Positions 50,927-64,000 of a stretch of 64,000 bases of DNA are shown here, piece by piece. This DNA is from Cycas panzhihuaensis (Eukaryota > Plantae > Cycadophyta), in NCBI GenBank assembly GCA_023213395.1, contig CM041465.1:169639741-169703740 (forward strand). The letters are read 5' to 3'. The translations under genes and the position numbers were made by a program. The notes under the pieces are model-generated. The model saw nothing but the letters and a program-made list of their open reading frames with translations, was not told the origin of the DNA and made no database searches. Position 1 is the first letter of the stretch, and each line of letters begins with the position of its first letter.

Positions 50927-52493
50927 GTTTTTTTTTTTTGATATGGTTTAAATTAATGGGGGGTTTAAATGGGGACCCTAAACCCTTTTACATCATTTGC
51001 CCAATGGCCTATAAAACTATCATGACAAGCCCATAACCTAACTAACCCCTTAGTCACTAACCTATAACCAACTCCCCTCACAATCGACAAGCCTGGTGGC
51101 TAGCTCAATAGAGCCAGGACATGCCCTATGGCTAGTATATCTACCTAAGGTCAATGCCCTCCATATACTTTATAACTAGACCCAAAATCTCTTTAGGAAA
51201 CCTATCCTTCTAATGGTTGATCCTTTTAGCCTAAATACCCTAGTTAGCCAGCCCATCAACCACCTTGTTACCTTTTTTATAAGTGTGTTTAATCTGGCTA
51301 TCAAGTCTTCCTTTAAGGAGCTTCCTTACATCATTTATCAAAGTATTATGTCTCCAGTCTGGGGCTACTTCCCCTTTGACTAGATCTATTATGTTCAATG
51401 AGTCCCCTTCTAGGATCACCCTATCATGGCCTTCTATAGAGATCAACTCCACCACTTTACACATGGCCTCCATCTCAGCATGATGATTAGTTTAGGGACC
51501 ATAATAGTTTGTAAAGGCCTAAATCAACTTCCCTTCTACATTTCTACAAACACCTCCACCACCCGCTTCCCCGGGATTGCCTTTCATAGCTCCATTAAAA
51601 TTTACTTTCACCCATCCCACGTGGGGGGATGAGGGGAAACCCAGTTGCACACTCTTTTTTATTTCATTTTAACTTTGGGGAATAATATCCCATTTTTCCA
51701 AAATATTCCTTTCATTTAGGGGGGGTGGGTGGGGAATTTTTCTCCTCGATATTAAGGATCTCCCTCAAGGCCCCAATAATCCTCTTAACTTCCAAACATC
51801 CCCTAACAACTTGTTATCTATGATACCTTTTTCTGATAACAAAGAAAAATATCCTATCTTCACCGAGTAGTCCCCATTAGGGGTCCCAGGCCAAACCATC
51901 GCATCTTCCTTAGGAATCTCAGGATGTAGTTTTGGACTAACTCATTTCTCAGGGCTTCTATTTGCTCTCTTCCCCCACTATCAGGGAGAAAGTCTTCAAA
52001 TCATCTCCAATTCTTTAAACTCCTATCATGTTCCCAATAATCCTTAACTTTCGTCCTGTATATCCTTTCGCATGGATTATGAATCAAGCCTAAGGTGGGT
52101 ATCTCCTTTAGCTCAAGCCTCGCACACTAGACACCCTCCTAGAGGTCTATCCTTTCATCGTTCCCTAGACTCCACTAGGTCTTAGTCGCAAGTAACTTCT
52201 TCACATAGATGAGGCTCCTTCAGATCACACAACCTCCCTTTCCTAAGAGATCGTCCTTTAGGTACTTATTTCCCCTAAGGTATTTTTGGAACGTAATATT
52301 ACACCATTGTTTATTGTCCTCCTTAACTAAGCTCCATCCTAGCTTTGCTAACAAAGCCTTATTAAAACATGCTATGTCTTTCACATTAAGCCCACCTACT
52401 TGCTTTGGAAGGTAAACTTTCTCCCAAGTAGCAAGATGAAGCCTATCACTATCCTCCACTCCCGACCACAGGAACCTCTTTTGAATAGACTTA
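50927..52493 (-). mobile_element. Paralogous copy of the LINE at 33847-35341
   Basis: VILEGDSLNII..GNKVVDGLAN; LHLATWEKVYLPKQVGGLNVKDIACFNKALLAKLGW. Confidence 0.9.
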
Positions 52494-54069
52494 CCTTTTA
52501 ATTAAGATTAAGCATACTATTTATTCTTATTATTTTAATATCTAATACATGGTTCATTAAACCACATATATATATGCTTGTCCACCAAGCTATTTTTTAG
52601 TGGTTATCTTAGGGAATTACCATTCAAGCAACCCAAATTCAAATCTTAGTGAGCTTAGAACCCCATGTGTGTGTGAGAGAGGGTAGGAATTTGACCTCTT
52701 GAAGCTTAGATCTTCTCCATTAAGATAAGCTATCTATCTATATTCTAAAATTCCTCTTAATATAAGCAAAAGGATGATTAAATCCTCCAACGATGAAGAC
52801 TAATTGGGATGGACTAAGTGTTTGCTAGTACATATTAATAATTTTAAACTTAGTAGGGATCATGGGGTAAGATGCCACCTTGTTTTTACCTTGCACCCCT
52901 TGAAGACAAGTTGTCCATCCTTCAAGGGTCTGTGGGAGGTATATTGAGCATATTTTAAGAAAATAATAATAATATTAAATAAAAATCCACCAAAAGATCT
53001 TAAAAATAACACATAATCATGGACTAGATTAAATAACTTTCATGAAAGCATCCATATGGTAAACTATGGTGGAGTAACAAATATTAAACCTAGGATATAG
53101 ATCAATAAACTTGAACCTTATTTCAAAATTAACCCTCGAGAAGATGTTAAGTGCATCACTTATGCTTCATTGCATCTAAAGGGAGTAGCTTATAATTGGT
53201 TCTTATAGTGGTAAAAATAATCCAATGGCATTATACTCATATAGAAAGCATTCATAATTGACTTCCTTAAATACTTTAAAAATATATGATATAGAGAATG
53301 CTTCAAATAATTAGCTCAATTATAACATGTTAGTATAGTAAAATAATATACAACTAAGTATTAATCATTGGCTTCTTGGGTAAGAAATATACCAAAAAGG
53401 GAATTATTAGAACTTTACATTGTTAGACATAAGGATGAGATATGTAATGAGTTAAAGTATAATGCTCCATAAAATGCTCTAGGTTCTATTGAAAAGGCCA
53501 ACCATATAGAATAAAGGAATATAGACTAGAAAAGTAGTTTATACTAAACCATATCTAATTTTGTAAGGACCTCTTTTTGGTTAAATAGGGAGATGATTAC
53601 AATAAAAATACCTTAAGTAATGCTACAAATAAATCTTTTGGTAATTATATTAGTAAACATGAGAGGAAATTCTAATCAACTAGAAAAAATCTTCATAAAT
53701 GAAGGAAGGAATAATTGAGAATAGAGTAAAGTAAATTATTTGTTCTCCATAAAAAATATAAATAGTATATTGTTTTAAAGAAAAGAAGTTGCTTTCTTTA
53801 CTAGCACAAGAATAAGAACAAGATCATGATGAAGGGTAAAAAATAGAAGACCATGAAGAAGATGATGTAAGATGATTTACTAAAGTGGAATTAGTAGAAA
53901 CCTCTACAAAGGTATCTCTGGTAGTAATTATAGTTATAATCACTCTTCATATTATAACAATTGAAGGATATGTAAGTAATAAAAAAATTGTAATGGTCAT
54001 TAATACTTGAATTATTTGTAAATTCATTAATATATACTATGCTAAGAGGCATAAAATGCATATTTATCT

Positions 54070-57000
54070 AATGAAATGAAGCAATGAAAGATTGTAGAGA
54101 AGCAACATGTTTTGAGACTCATTTTTTAGCATTTTGCTAAGTAGTGAATACTAATTTTGAACAATTTTCACATGCAATCATTTTGGAAAGTTATTGTCCA
54201 GGCCTGTCAAGACAAGAGGTTCAAAAACATGTTATCATATATATTACAAAATAAGGCATGCAACATTGAAGAACTAAAATGTAAATTTAAAATTTGACAA
54301 CAGTTGGCCTTTAGCATGTTGTTTCATATCAGGCATGAATTTGCCACTATCAGGGTTCAACGAAATCAAAAGATGATGATCTTACACTGAGAACTAGCAC
54401 AAAAACTTTTGCTAAACATAAAGGGGTCATGACATAAGATGCTACAAGAAATCCAATGTACTACCATCCTCAAGGGGCTTTTAAAGGCAAATAGAGGCGC
54501 AAGGGGAAGCAAACATAAAATACTTGAATCAAATAAAGAGAGCATCGAGAGCTTGAGGAGGTAGAACAACTGTGAAAAGAAAGAACCCATCCAACTGATA
54601 CTGCTTTATCGTCCAGCCTCAAGTGCCTGCATAAAGTCCCTAGGCAACAAAACCAGGGGTCGCAACTCAGAGGTACATGCTATGCCACATTTAAGACTTG
54701 AGCATATTAACTAACACATCTAAATGACGGTACTATCGAGCAATGAGAGATGCCATTGCATGAAGCGATGATCCAGGAGGTCGTGAACGGGACCTAGAGC
54801 GAGATAAAACCCTTAAAGCCCTCACTTGGAACAACTTCCTTAGGAGGTCATGAACGGGACCTGGAGCAACTTCCTTAGGAGGTTGTGAATGAGACATGGA
54901 GCAAGATAAAACCCTTGAAGCCCTCACCTAGAGAAACTTCCTCAGGAGGTCGTGAACGGGACCTGGAGCAACTTCCTCAGGAGGTCATGAACAAGACCTG
55001 GAGTAAGATAACATCCTTGAAGCCCTCACCTGGAGTAACTTCCTCTGATACCATTCAATCTGTCGATGACCTGTAACCTCGACTAACCTGCAACGAAGGA
55101 ACGCCACTGCAGCAATCACAAAAGGTAGGGTTTCAACCCTATTACCCCCTCAAACTCCAAATAAAAAGTCAATTTAGTCCAAAAATAATGTCAGGTCCAT
55201 GCCTTTTTTTTTTCTTATTTCATTTTTATAATATATATATATACATATAAATATAATCTAAGTTATAAACCACCTCTTATAACATGTGATTTATATCCTC
55301 TCCCCCCCCCCTCCCTCCTTACACTTTATTATAAAAATTAATTCCCTCTTTATAATGTTCGTTTAATAAATCAAAATAAAAACTTTCCCTACACTCTATA
55401 TCATTTCATCTATTATGATGAGTTTATAAACAAACCCTTTGTTATTATAAACACTTTTTAGACCCCTCCCTTATAACATTCAGTTTAAAAATCAACTCTT
55501 TTTTCTATTTAATTTCATACTTATTATATCTCTCCCTAATATTTTGTTAAACCTTTCTTGTAATATTTAGCCTTTTATCCCTCCTACACTATGATAGATA
55601 TACAAACATGCCATTCTTCTTTTATTGCTACTTAAAAATTAATTATTTCTCTATTATAATTTATAAATACATTAATTGAGGGCAATCAATATATCCCTCC
55701 TTTTTATAGTTAATCTTCACACATATACAAATAACTTGTAAATTAAACTAAAATAGTTTTCATCCTCAACATCATTTTCATTTTAAGACACTTAAATTAC
55801 TCATTAGTTCTTTTAAGTTAATATATTTTATACTTTATTATTTGCTACTTAATAAAAGTAAAACAATAACAAAGGAATCTAAAGAAAACACTTATTTTTT
55901 AAGGGGGGCTATTTAGGTTAAGGGGGACTATTTAATATTTTAAGGATTAGGGGGACTATTCATCTTTTAAGGAAAGTGGGAACATGTAATTCTTTCTAAG
56001 GGAAAATGTATTTATTTATCATATTATGCTAGCTAGTCTTTAATCATGACTATGAAATGTTAATCTAATGTTTGAAAACCTTCCTAAGTGATTATTTCTT
56101 CACCTACTCTTATATTTTTTTCAATCTCCAATCAAACTCTAAAATTTCTAATATGGCTTTAATGCCAGGATCAACCACTAGTGTTCCAATTCCAGTTTTA
56201 ATGAGCTCAAACTATGCCAACTGGAGGAATCACATATCCTATCAACATAAATAGCAAAAGATGTGGAGATATATAATAGGTGAATTTAAAAAACTAACTG
56301 ATGACACTTCAGATAGTTATATGGTATATCTGATGAACTCAGATTCAACCCTAAGTACTATCTTGAATTCACTTTCATAAGAAATTAGTCGGTAGTTTTA
56401 TGAAACAGACAATCTTGCTATTGTCTGGAACACTTTGCAGGAAAAATATGATAAGGTCGATACACATCAATTGGCTATCTTAGAACAACAATTGTATGAC
56501 CTTACTTATGATGATTTTTCTAAAGTTGAGGATTTTTTATGTAAAATTTAACTAATTAATAAAGACCTAGGTAATTGTATTAAATCCAAAACCAAAGTAG
56601 GTGATACTGAACAAATAATCATACATGCTAAAGATGACAATACACTCATACGTCTTACAATAAATAAATTGCCAAAATATTTTAATTTTTTTAAAATTGC
56701 CAAACAACAATCTGGCAATCCTTCTATAACATTCAATCAGTTGATAAATTAACTGATTGGACATCAAATAATGTTAATTCAAACAAGTATATTAAAAGAT
56801 CCTTCTCAGGCTTTATTTTCCAAAACTAAGCCACAAAATAAAAATAAATATTAGAATAATTTTAATAGTAATCTAAAATTTTATAAACCTTATAGAGGTT
56901 CACCACCTAACTCTTAAAATAATATTAAATATTCTAGTCCATCTAAACATCAGAATAATACTAATCAGTCATTTCCTAATCAAAACAATGTAAATTCTTC

Positions 57001-60000
57001 TCAGAACACTAGTTGTGCTTATTATCATAAAAGAGGCCACACTATTAATATTTGTAGAAGTAGAATAGCTTCAGAAGCATGGAAAGCTTCCAAGGGATTG
57101 CAAAATTGACCTCAATCCTGACCTTAAAACTAAAAAACTAATAATCGACTTCTAATGATAATAACTTCTACATTTGTTGCCATAACTAATCAACCACCAC
57201 AATGGATCCTTGACTCTAGTGCATCCCATCACATGATAGGACACCAAAATAACTTATCCACTTATCAATCTGAAACTAACTTTGAAGAAGAGATTTCTTT
57301 TGGAAGTGGAACTCAACTTAAAGTAAAAGGATCAGGTGATGTTACTTTAAAATATGGTTCAATAACGAACGTCTTCTACTTACCAGTTTTGTTACCAAAC
57401 CTACTCTTAATTTATCAAATTTGCTAGAAAGACCTTGTCGTCGAATTCTGGAAAGATAAATTTATCATTAAAGATCTATTAAACAAATTTAAATGTATTG
57501 CCTTAGGACTTGTTGATTATAACACATATCTCTATAGTTTAATAAGTTTACAAAATAACAAAACAAATCCCTTCAGTGCCTTCATTGCCAAATCTGACTA
57601 ATTCAGTAAACTTTGGCATGCACGATTTGGCCATACAAGTTATGGCAAACTTCAATATCTAAAAGGACATGATATGGTTCATGGTCTTCTAACCTTAAAT
57701 ACTGCTTATGGTGTCTGCGAAGCCTGTGTAATAGGTAAGTAACACATGGACCCTTTTTCACACAAAACCCAATTCAAAGCGAAAGTTCTACTTGAACTTG
57801 TTCACTCTGACATATGTGGACCATTTCATGTAACATCATACTCTGGGTTTCATTATTTTATTACATTATTTATTATTTCTATAGAAACTATTGGGTTTAC
57901 ACACTCAAAACACGCAGTCAAGTATTTGACATTTTTATTGAATTCAAAATGCTTGTTAGAAATCAATCAAACTCAAAAATAAAAAATTTTAGATATGATA
58001 ATGCCAAGGAATACTTAAGTGGTAAATTTATTTCCTTCTATAAAAAGTACAAAATTTAATTTCAACATTCCGTTAAATACACTGCTCAACAAAGTGGTGT
58101 TGTTGAACGTAAGAACTGCACTCTTATTGAGATGACTCGTTGCATGTTACATGCAAAGAACTTTGAGCTAAAGTTGTGGGCAGAAATAATTAACTGCTTC
58201 AACTATCTTCTAAATCATCTACCTAGTAAATACCTACAAAATGTTACTCCAGAACAAAAATAGTCTGGAAGAAAACCTTTAGTCAATCATTTACAAATCT
58301 TTGGAAGTATCGCGTAGGGATACGTTCCCAAAGAAAAATGCAAGAAACTAGATCCTAAGAGTAAAAAATACATCTTCGTTGGATACAGTGAAGAAAGTAA
58401 AGCTTATAAACTTTTGGATCCGGTTACAGATCAAATTTTAATTTTGCATGACGTCATATTTAATGAAGAAGGATCTTCTTCAACCTCTGCTTATGTAGAA
58501 CTTCCAGTTGAAAATTTGTTAACCAACACCTATTTAGTTGACCCCTCTAAAAAATAAGCTGAGCCTAAAATTATAGACTCCTTATCTACTCAAGTACAGA
58601 ATTGGACTCTATTTGAACCTACTGAAATAAACTCTTCTTCTCAATTTAGCTCCTCAAATCAATTTGTAACTATAGAAATAGGTACCAACAAGCAACCTAT
58701 CTGGGCAAGAAAATGCTTACTAATGCTAAATCTAATATTGATAATCTTTTAGATACCAAGTGAACATGTGCCTAAAAATTACATGCTAACTATACCTTAA
58801 TGGCCAAAATAATGGACAATAATGATCTTAAAACCTTTAAACAAACTAGCAATAATCTTGTATGGCAGGAAGCTATGCAAACTGAATTTGATACTTTAAT
58901 CAAGAATTCAACTTGGGATCTCGTACTGCTCCCATCGGGGAAAAATGTAGTTGATTGTAAATGGGTTTATAGAATAAAATATAACTCAATAGGTGCAGTT
59001 GAAAAATATAAATCTCGCCTAGTTGTAAAAGGATTTTCTCAAATTGATGGCATTGATTATAATGAAACCTTTGCCCCTGTTGCAAAGATGAATACAATTA
59101 AAATAATTATTGCTCTAGCAGCCAAGTTTGGTTAGGAAATCTATCAAATAGATGTAAAGAGCACATTTCTGAATGATGATCTCAAAGAAGAGATCTACAT
59201 GTCTCAGCCACCTGGCTTTATTGATAATCCTAATTTAGTTTGTAAACTAAAGAAATCTATTTATAGATTAAAATAAGCACCTCAAGCTTGGTACACTAAA
59301 GTTGATGATTATCTAATTCAAATTGGATATACTAGATGTATTAGTGATCCAAATCTATATTTTAAATATGAAAATAAAAATATTACTATTTTAATCATGT
59401 ATGTTGATGATATCATAATCACTGGATCATCAACTAATAACATTCATCATTTAAAATCTACTTTAATAAATAAATTCAAAACGACCGATCTAGGTCTCTT
59501 ACATTATTTTCTTGGATTACAAATTTATCAACATGATTCAAAAATCACTATATCTCAACCTAAATATATTTTAGACTTAATTGAATAGTTTAATATAGAA
59601 AATGCTAAACCCATCTTTAATCTATTATAATCAGGAGTAAAATTATCTACTGATTGTTCATCACTAATAACCCATCCTATGCTGTCACTTTATATTCACG
59701 TTATATGCAACAACCACATGAATCATATTGGAAAGCTGCTAAACATATATTACGATATCTTTAGAACACTATTTTTTATGGTCTAACTTATAATTTTTAC
59801 AGTAAACCTTTAACTTTAACAGGATATACTGATTCTGATTGGGCAAGTGATACAAATGATTGAAAATATATATCAGGTTATGTATTTTTAATAGATTCTT
59901 CACCTATTACTTAGTCTAGTAAGAAAATACAGGCACTAGCTCTATCAGCGACTGAAGCTAAATATTACACGCTCATTGAAGCCAACAAAGAAGCACTTTA

Positions 60001-60891
60001 GCTCAAATCTCTTCTAAATGAAATTGGTCTATTTTCTAACTCATCCATTGAACTTAGAGTTGATAATCAAGGTGCCATTGCTATTGCTACAAATCCAGTA
60101 GTATATTCTAGAACTAAACATATAGAATTACATCAATATTTTATTCGCAATCTTGTTACTGATAACATTATTCATTTATTTTATTATCCTACAAATCTAT
60201 AGGTTGCTGACATACTCACAAAGTCTTTAACTGAAGTCAAGTTTCTAAACCTATAAGATTTGTTGAAACTAAAAGAAGTCTCCATCAAAGGGGGATCAAT
60301 GTGATGAAGATCTTCTTTATAAAGGTTAACATTAAAGGGGGGTGTTAAGATTATTAATATTATTTTTATATTATTATTTAAGTCACATGTATAAATTTAT
60401 ATTTAAGTGATTTTAATATTTAAAGTTTAATCTTTATTTAATCATTATGTGAAAGGTTGTTGAAATGTGAAACTGCCTATTTCAACGAACCTTTCTTGGT
60501 ATCATCTTCTCCTAGATTCAAGGAAGTGGTTCTGAGAATCTAGGAGGTTGTCCAAAGACTTTTTCAAAGGCTAATTTAGTCATACATAGGTGGTTTGCTT
60601 ATGGTTTTATGTATATCCTTTTCTTTTAATAAAATTTTAGATTAGGAGGTGGTTTTTCTTCCCTAGAGGGGGTTTTCCACTTAGCAAATTATGTGTACTT
60701 GTGTAATGTCTTTTTCTTGTATTTTTTCTGTCTATGTGATCCTGTGACATTATGCATGTACCAATTCTCACAGGTTTTATATAAAAACTATTTTCTTTTC
60801 TTTTCTTCCCTTCAAGATTTGATATTTGGGCTACTTCTAGATCAAGGAGGGGAATACATAATTGAATTATAGGGGGCATCATCAACCAACA
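54070..60891 (+). mobile_element. Degraded Ty1/Copia element, copy B (gag from 56153, 3' LTR 60343-60891)
   Basis: Collinear with 36990-43859; WILDSSASHH, ELVHSDICGP, MYVDDIIITG. Confidence 0.92.
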
Positions 60892-61259
60892 TTAAATTAT
60901 GTCATTATCCATACCATCATAAGAATGAAATAGAGAGAATTATTAAAAATATGGATAATGTCATTATCCATACCAATTAAGAATAGTTTTTTAATTCCTA
61001 ATGTTAATAAGCATTTAGATGAATTATATATGACATTAAACTAATGTAAATCTATGTTCAAGATACTATCAAATACTTATTCAAGCTAAAGATATATCAT
61101 AAATAACTTTTCGCATATGTATGGGACACTATATATTTAATGTCATATCCCTTCTTTTAACAAATGCTCTGGCCATTTTTTAAGGAATATTTGGAGATGG
61201 ATCATAATAAGATAAAATAAAAAATTGATTTAAATAATAATTTTAAGTCAAAGATTAGC

Positions 61260-62195
61260 TATATATGTGGTTGTAACCCTGTGAAAGAAATGTTAGGTTC
61301 TAAATTTTATGGATCTTATCAAATATGCCATTGACTTATTTAGGTAGCATATGCCTAGAGTTTGTTTGCTAAAGGAAATCTTCATCTTATTTTTTTATAT
61401 TTCTTATCTTAAATAAAAGCCTAGGGAGAATACTCTAGAACAAATTGAATTACATATTTTGAATGAAGAAGGTAACCAGTTTTAGAGTCTGAGTTAATCT
61501 TGGACACCTATATAAGGAATTTAAGGACACAACATATTATCAAGTGCCTCACTAAAAAGAAAGCCTTCCTATAGTATATGGGTTGTGGAAATATGACAAA
61601 TTTCATTGCCAACATCTAAAATTATTATTTTTGTTTCAAGGGAAAAATATTTTAGGGAGAAGAAGCTTATTATAAACCTAAGTAATAGTTAATAATTATA
61701 AATATCATGCCAAAGAGGTATGGCTCTTAATAATATATTCTTTCAAATGTATATAAATATTCATTTATTTTATGTTGTAAGATAACATTTGTTATTCAAT
61801 TTAGTATGATATTTCTTATTATTTATTACTTCACATTTTGATGCACTTTAATACTTTATGCACACTATTAGCTATTATAAAAATAAAAGGGGTTTTTAGT
61901 AAGTCATACGAATAAACTACTAATATCATGTCATGGCACGCTATTATTTTATTTCAATGTGCTTGTTATATGAATGTGTTACAAATACTAGATTATTATG
62001 AAGGCAGAAGAAATCTTCTAAGATTTTTGATAATTAAAAGACCAACAATATGATTGATAAAATAAGTGATGATTAATGTTATAGTAGTGGACATATTTAT
62101 ATGTATATAATAGGGTTCTTTCATAAATAGTTGTAACCATATGATAAGACCCTTGATAATCATTGGTTAATTACTTCTTTAAGGTGGTTCATAAC
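61260..62195 (+). mobile_element. Chromovirus integrase C-terminus, chromodomain remnant, PPT and 3' LTR (about 61668-62195)
   Basis: MLGSKFYGSYQI..VAYA (GPY/F motif), HLIFYISYLK, ESELILDTYIRNLR..KCLTKKKSLP; AGGGAGAAGAAG then TATTATAAACC...CATAACA. Confidence 0.7.
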
Positions 62196-62349
62196 AAGAC
62201 CCCCTTCCTGAAATGTTTCATCCTTGAAACATAACTGAGATAATGATTAGTATGATGTTGCCTCTTCCTATAAAAGGATATCATAATCATTTGATATATA
62301 TCGTTGAATCATAATTATCAAAATTTTAAATAATAGTAAATACGAATAT

Positions 62350-64000
62350 AAAGACAAACTTGAATAAGTTGACGTGATTATGTTCTAGTTAGAATTTTTT
62401 GGTAGATGCGAACTACAAAAATGTTGAGAATTTTTGTATGGTTTTACCTACAAATTGAAGGTTACTACCAAGGAATCTTTTATTTGATTTTGATTTGAAC
62501 CTATTAATATATATAGTTATCTTTTAGAGTATCAGATTCTATACTAATGCTTGAGATCTTCTTATATTTATTAGGATGTAAGATAATTATTACTATTACT
62601 GGAAAATCCTTGGATATATATGATATAGTTATTTGATTCATATTATTTGGTCGAATAGGAGATGAAGTTGTTATTATCAGTATTAGTAACTTTTGTTAAG
62701 ATTGACTAAAAGATGTTATTGCTACTAGTTGGTTCTTCTTCAATTGATGAAGGAATGTAGATATCATCACTGACATTAGTGACCATTTTGGTATATACTT
62801 GATATCTTTTTATAAATAGATATATATTCTTTTGAAAATGATACTAACATTTTGCCCTTATTAACTATTAATGGTTTATCCTTATTTTTCTATTGTATAT
62901 TATTTTCTTCTTCTTGCATCCTGAAATTATGTGTTGAGATTATGATTTGATTTGTAGGCCCTTTTTCATTCTATATTACATGATCATGTATTTCATTAAC
63001 TTTTAGTATAGATGTGTCATCCTTATCTACCTTGTTGACACATTTATCCATATGTCATTCATGTTTTTTAAATAAAATTTTTTGATGTAATTCTTGTAGT
63101 CTTCTTACTTACTCTAATTTTTTATCTAATATTAATAAGTAGGTATCATTGAGGTTTATTAATATTAGAGAAGATTCTTTATATTAATCTCTACTCTCTA
63201 TATCTAAAAGATTCTCATTCCTTTATGATTTTCTAAAAGTCTTTGCTTGTGTATGCCTGTTGGGTGAAAGTTTAATCCTTAGCCATTCCTTATTTATAAT
63301 AACCAACTTATTTGATGTAGGATATGAAGGGGGTTTGGAATTTAGAACCATAAGAGGTCCATGTAAACTAGTAGAATAATTATGTGAGACTTAATTGTGT
63401 ATTGATAATAGAGGTAGATAACTTCTTCTACCTAGAACATCCTTTGAACCGTTAGCCTTTGCCTGAAAAACCTCTAGTTCCCATTTTATTTTCTAGTTCC
63501 CATATGCCTAAACCTTCAAATAATATTAAAGCCAATGATGGTTGACTAGCTTTATTTCCATTTATTTAGCAACTCTATACTTCTCCCTTTCATACTTGTA
63601 ACAAATGAGATGTATTACTTCACTCGTAATCAATGGCTTTATAAATTGTACTCCCATTATTTCAACCAATCTCATAATATCACAATCATCTTGACCTTGA
63701 TACCCTATTAAATAAATGCATAAGGCTTTACTCCTTAGAATGCCAATTATATCTCTTATAGGTCTATATAAAATCTTATTAGTATCTACAAGCATTCCCC
63801 TAGCCAAACTATCTGCAACCCAAAAGTGTGTAAGTAGCATCTTCTCATTCTTCCTAGACATAATAGAAATGGGATCATTATATGTAAGCTAGTAAATAAT
63901 GACATGAGTACAACTCATGTTATATTGTCCCATGTCTAATAACTTATTATACTCAAGCTCTATTTCATATTCATTCTTTCTAGTAGGGTTCAATCTTACC
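62350..64000 (-). pseudogene. Processed pseudogene of a plant multi-BRCT protein (At4g02110-like); runs off the window end
   Basis: Contiguous minus-strand frame: DMGQYNMSCTHVII..YNDPIS..WVADSLARGMLVDTNKILYRPIRDIIGI..CIYLIGYQGQDDCDIMRLVEIMGVQFIKPLITSEVIHLICYKYEREKYRVAK*MEIKLVNHHWL..WELEVFQAKA (63430-64000). A weak third-BRCT-like segment at about 62370-62505 is much less certain. Confidence 0.85.

Larger units (their letters stand above)
45291..60992 (+). repeat. Copy B of a 15.7-kb tandem segmental duplication (copy A is about 12243-43974 minus two later insertions)
   Basis: Collinear homology from TACTTGTTGATAGTTG (12243 or 10467 vs 45291) to AATTAAGAATAGTTTT (about 43958-43972 vs 60975-60990). 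Spot counts give about 4-7% mismatch, mostly transitions. Confidence 0.95.

Noticed and set aside
45291-60992. Copy B as an uncollapsed haplotype (assembly artefact)
   Set aside because: Several percent divergence, independent indels and insertions, and a unique LINE at the junction argue for a real old duplication, though long reads should confirm.

Overview
AT-rich plant nuclear DNA, probably heterochromatic. The Tat element's architecture and heavy C>T decay suggest a gymnosperm or other non-angiosperm, but that is inference. I found no intact host gene. The window is a stack of nested, decayed retroelements (Copia, chromovirus-type Gypsy, a 14.2-kb Tat-like Gypsy, and L1-type LINE 3' ends with zf-RVT/RNase H) plus two host-derived pseudogenes: an intron-containing S28 prolyl-carboxypeptidase (5425-7117, minus) and an intronless BRCT-protein retrocopy (about 62350-64000, minus). 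A 15.7-kb tandem segmental duplication (copy A about 12243-43974, copy B 45291-60992) has a LINE exactly at its junction, and copy B preserves the empty sites of two insertions found only in copy A. The main oddities are: (1) a 1.6-kb LTR-derived element inserted with a clean 5-bp TSD whose two ends are both U5 ends of inverted LTRs, carrying tandem PBS+att units; (2) a Tat-like element lacking RT/INT but carrying an antisense, spliced Plant Mobile Domain gene, a free-standing archaeal-type RNase H ORF, and GGTACC-centred palindromes shared between the PMD intron and the LTR; (3) a possible LINE-mediated 15.7-kb duplication; (4) a 431-bp perfectly identical tract between otherwise diverged duplicate copies. 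Coordinates were read by eye and may be off by a few bases.
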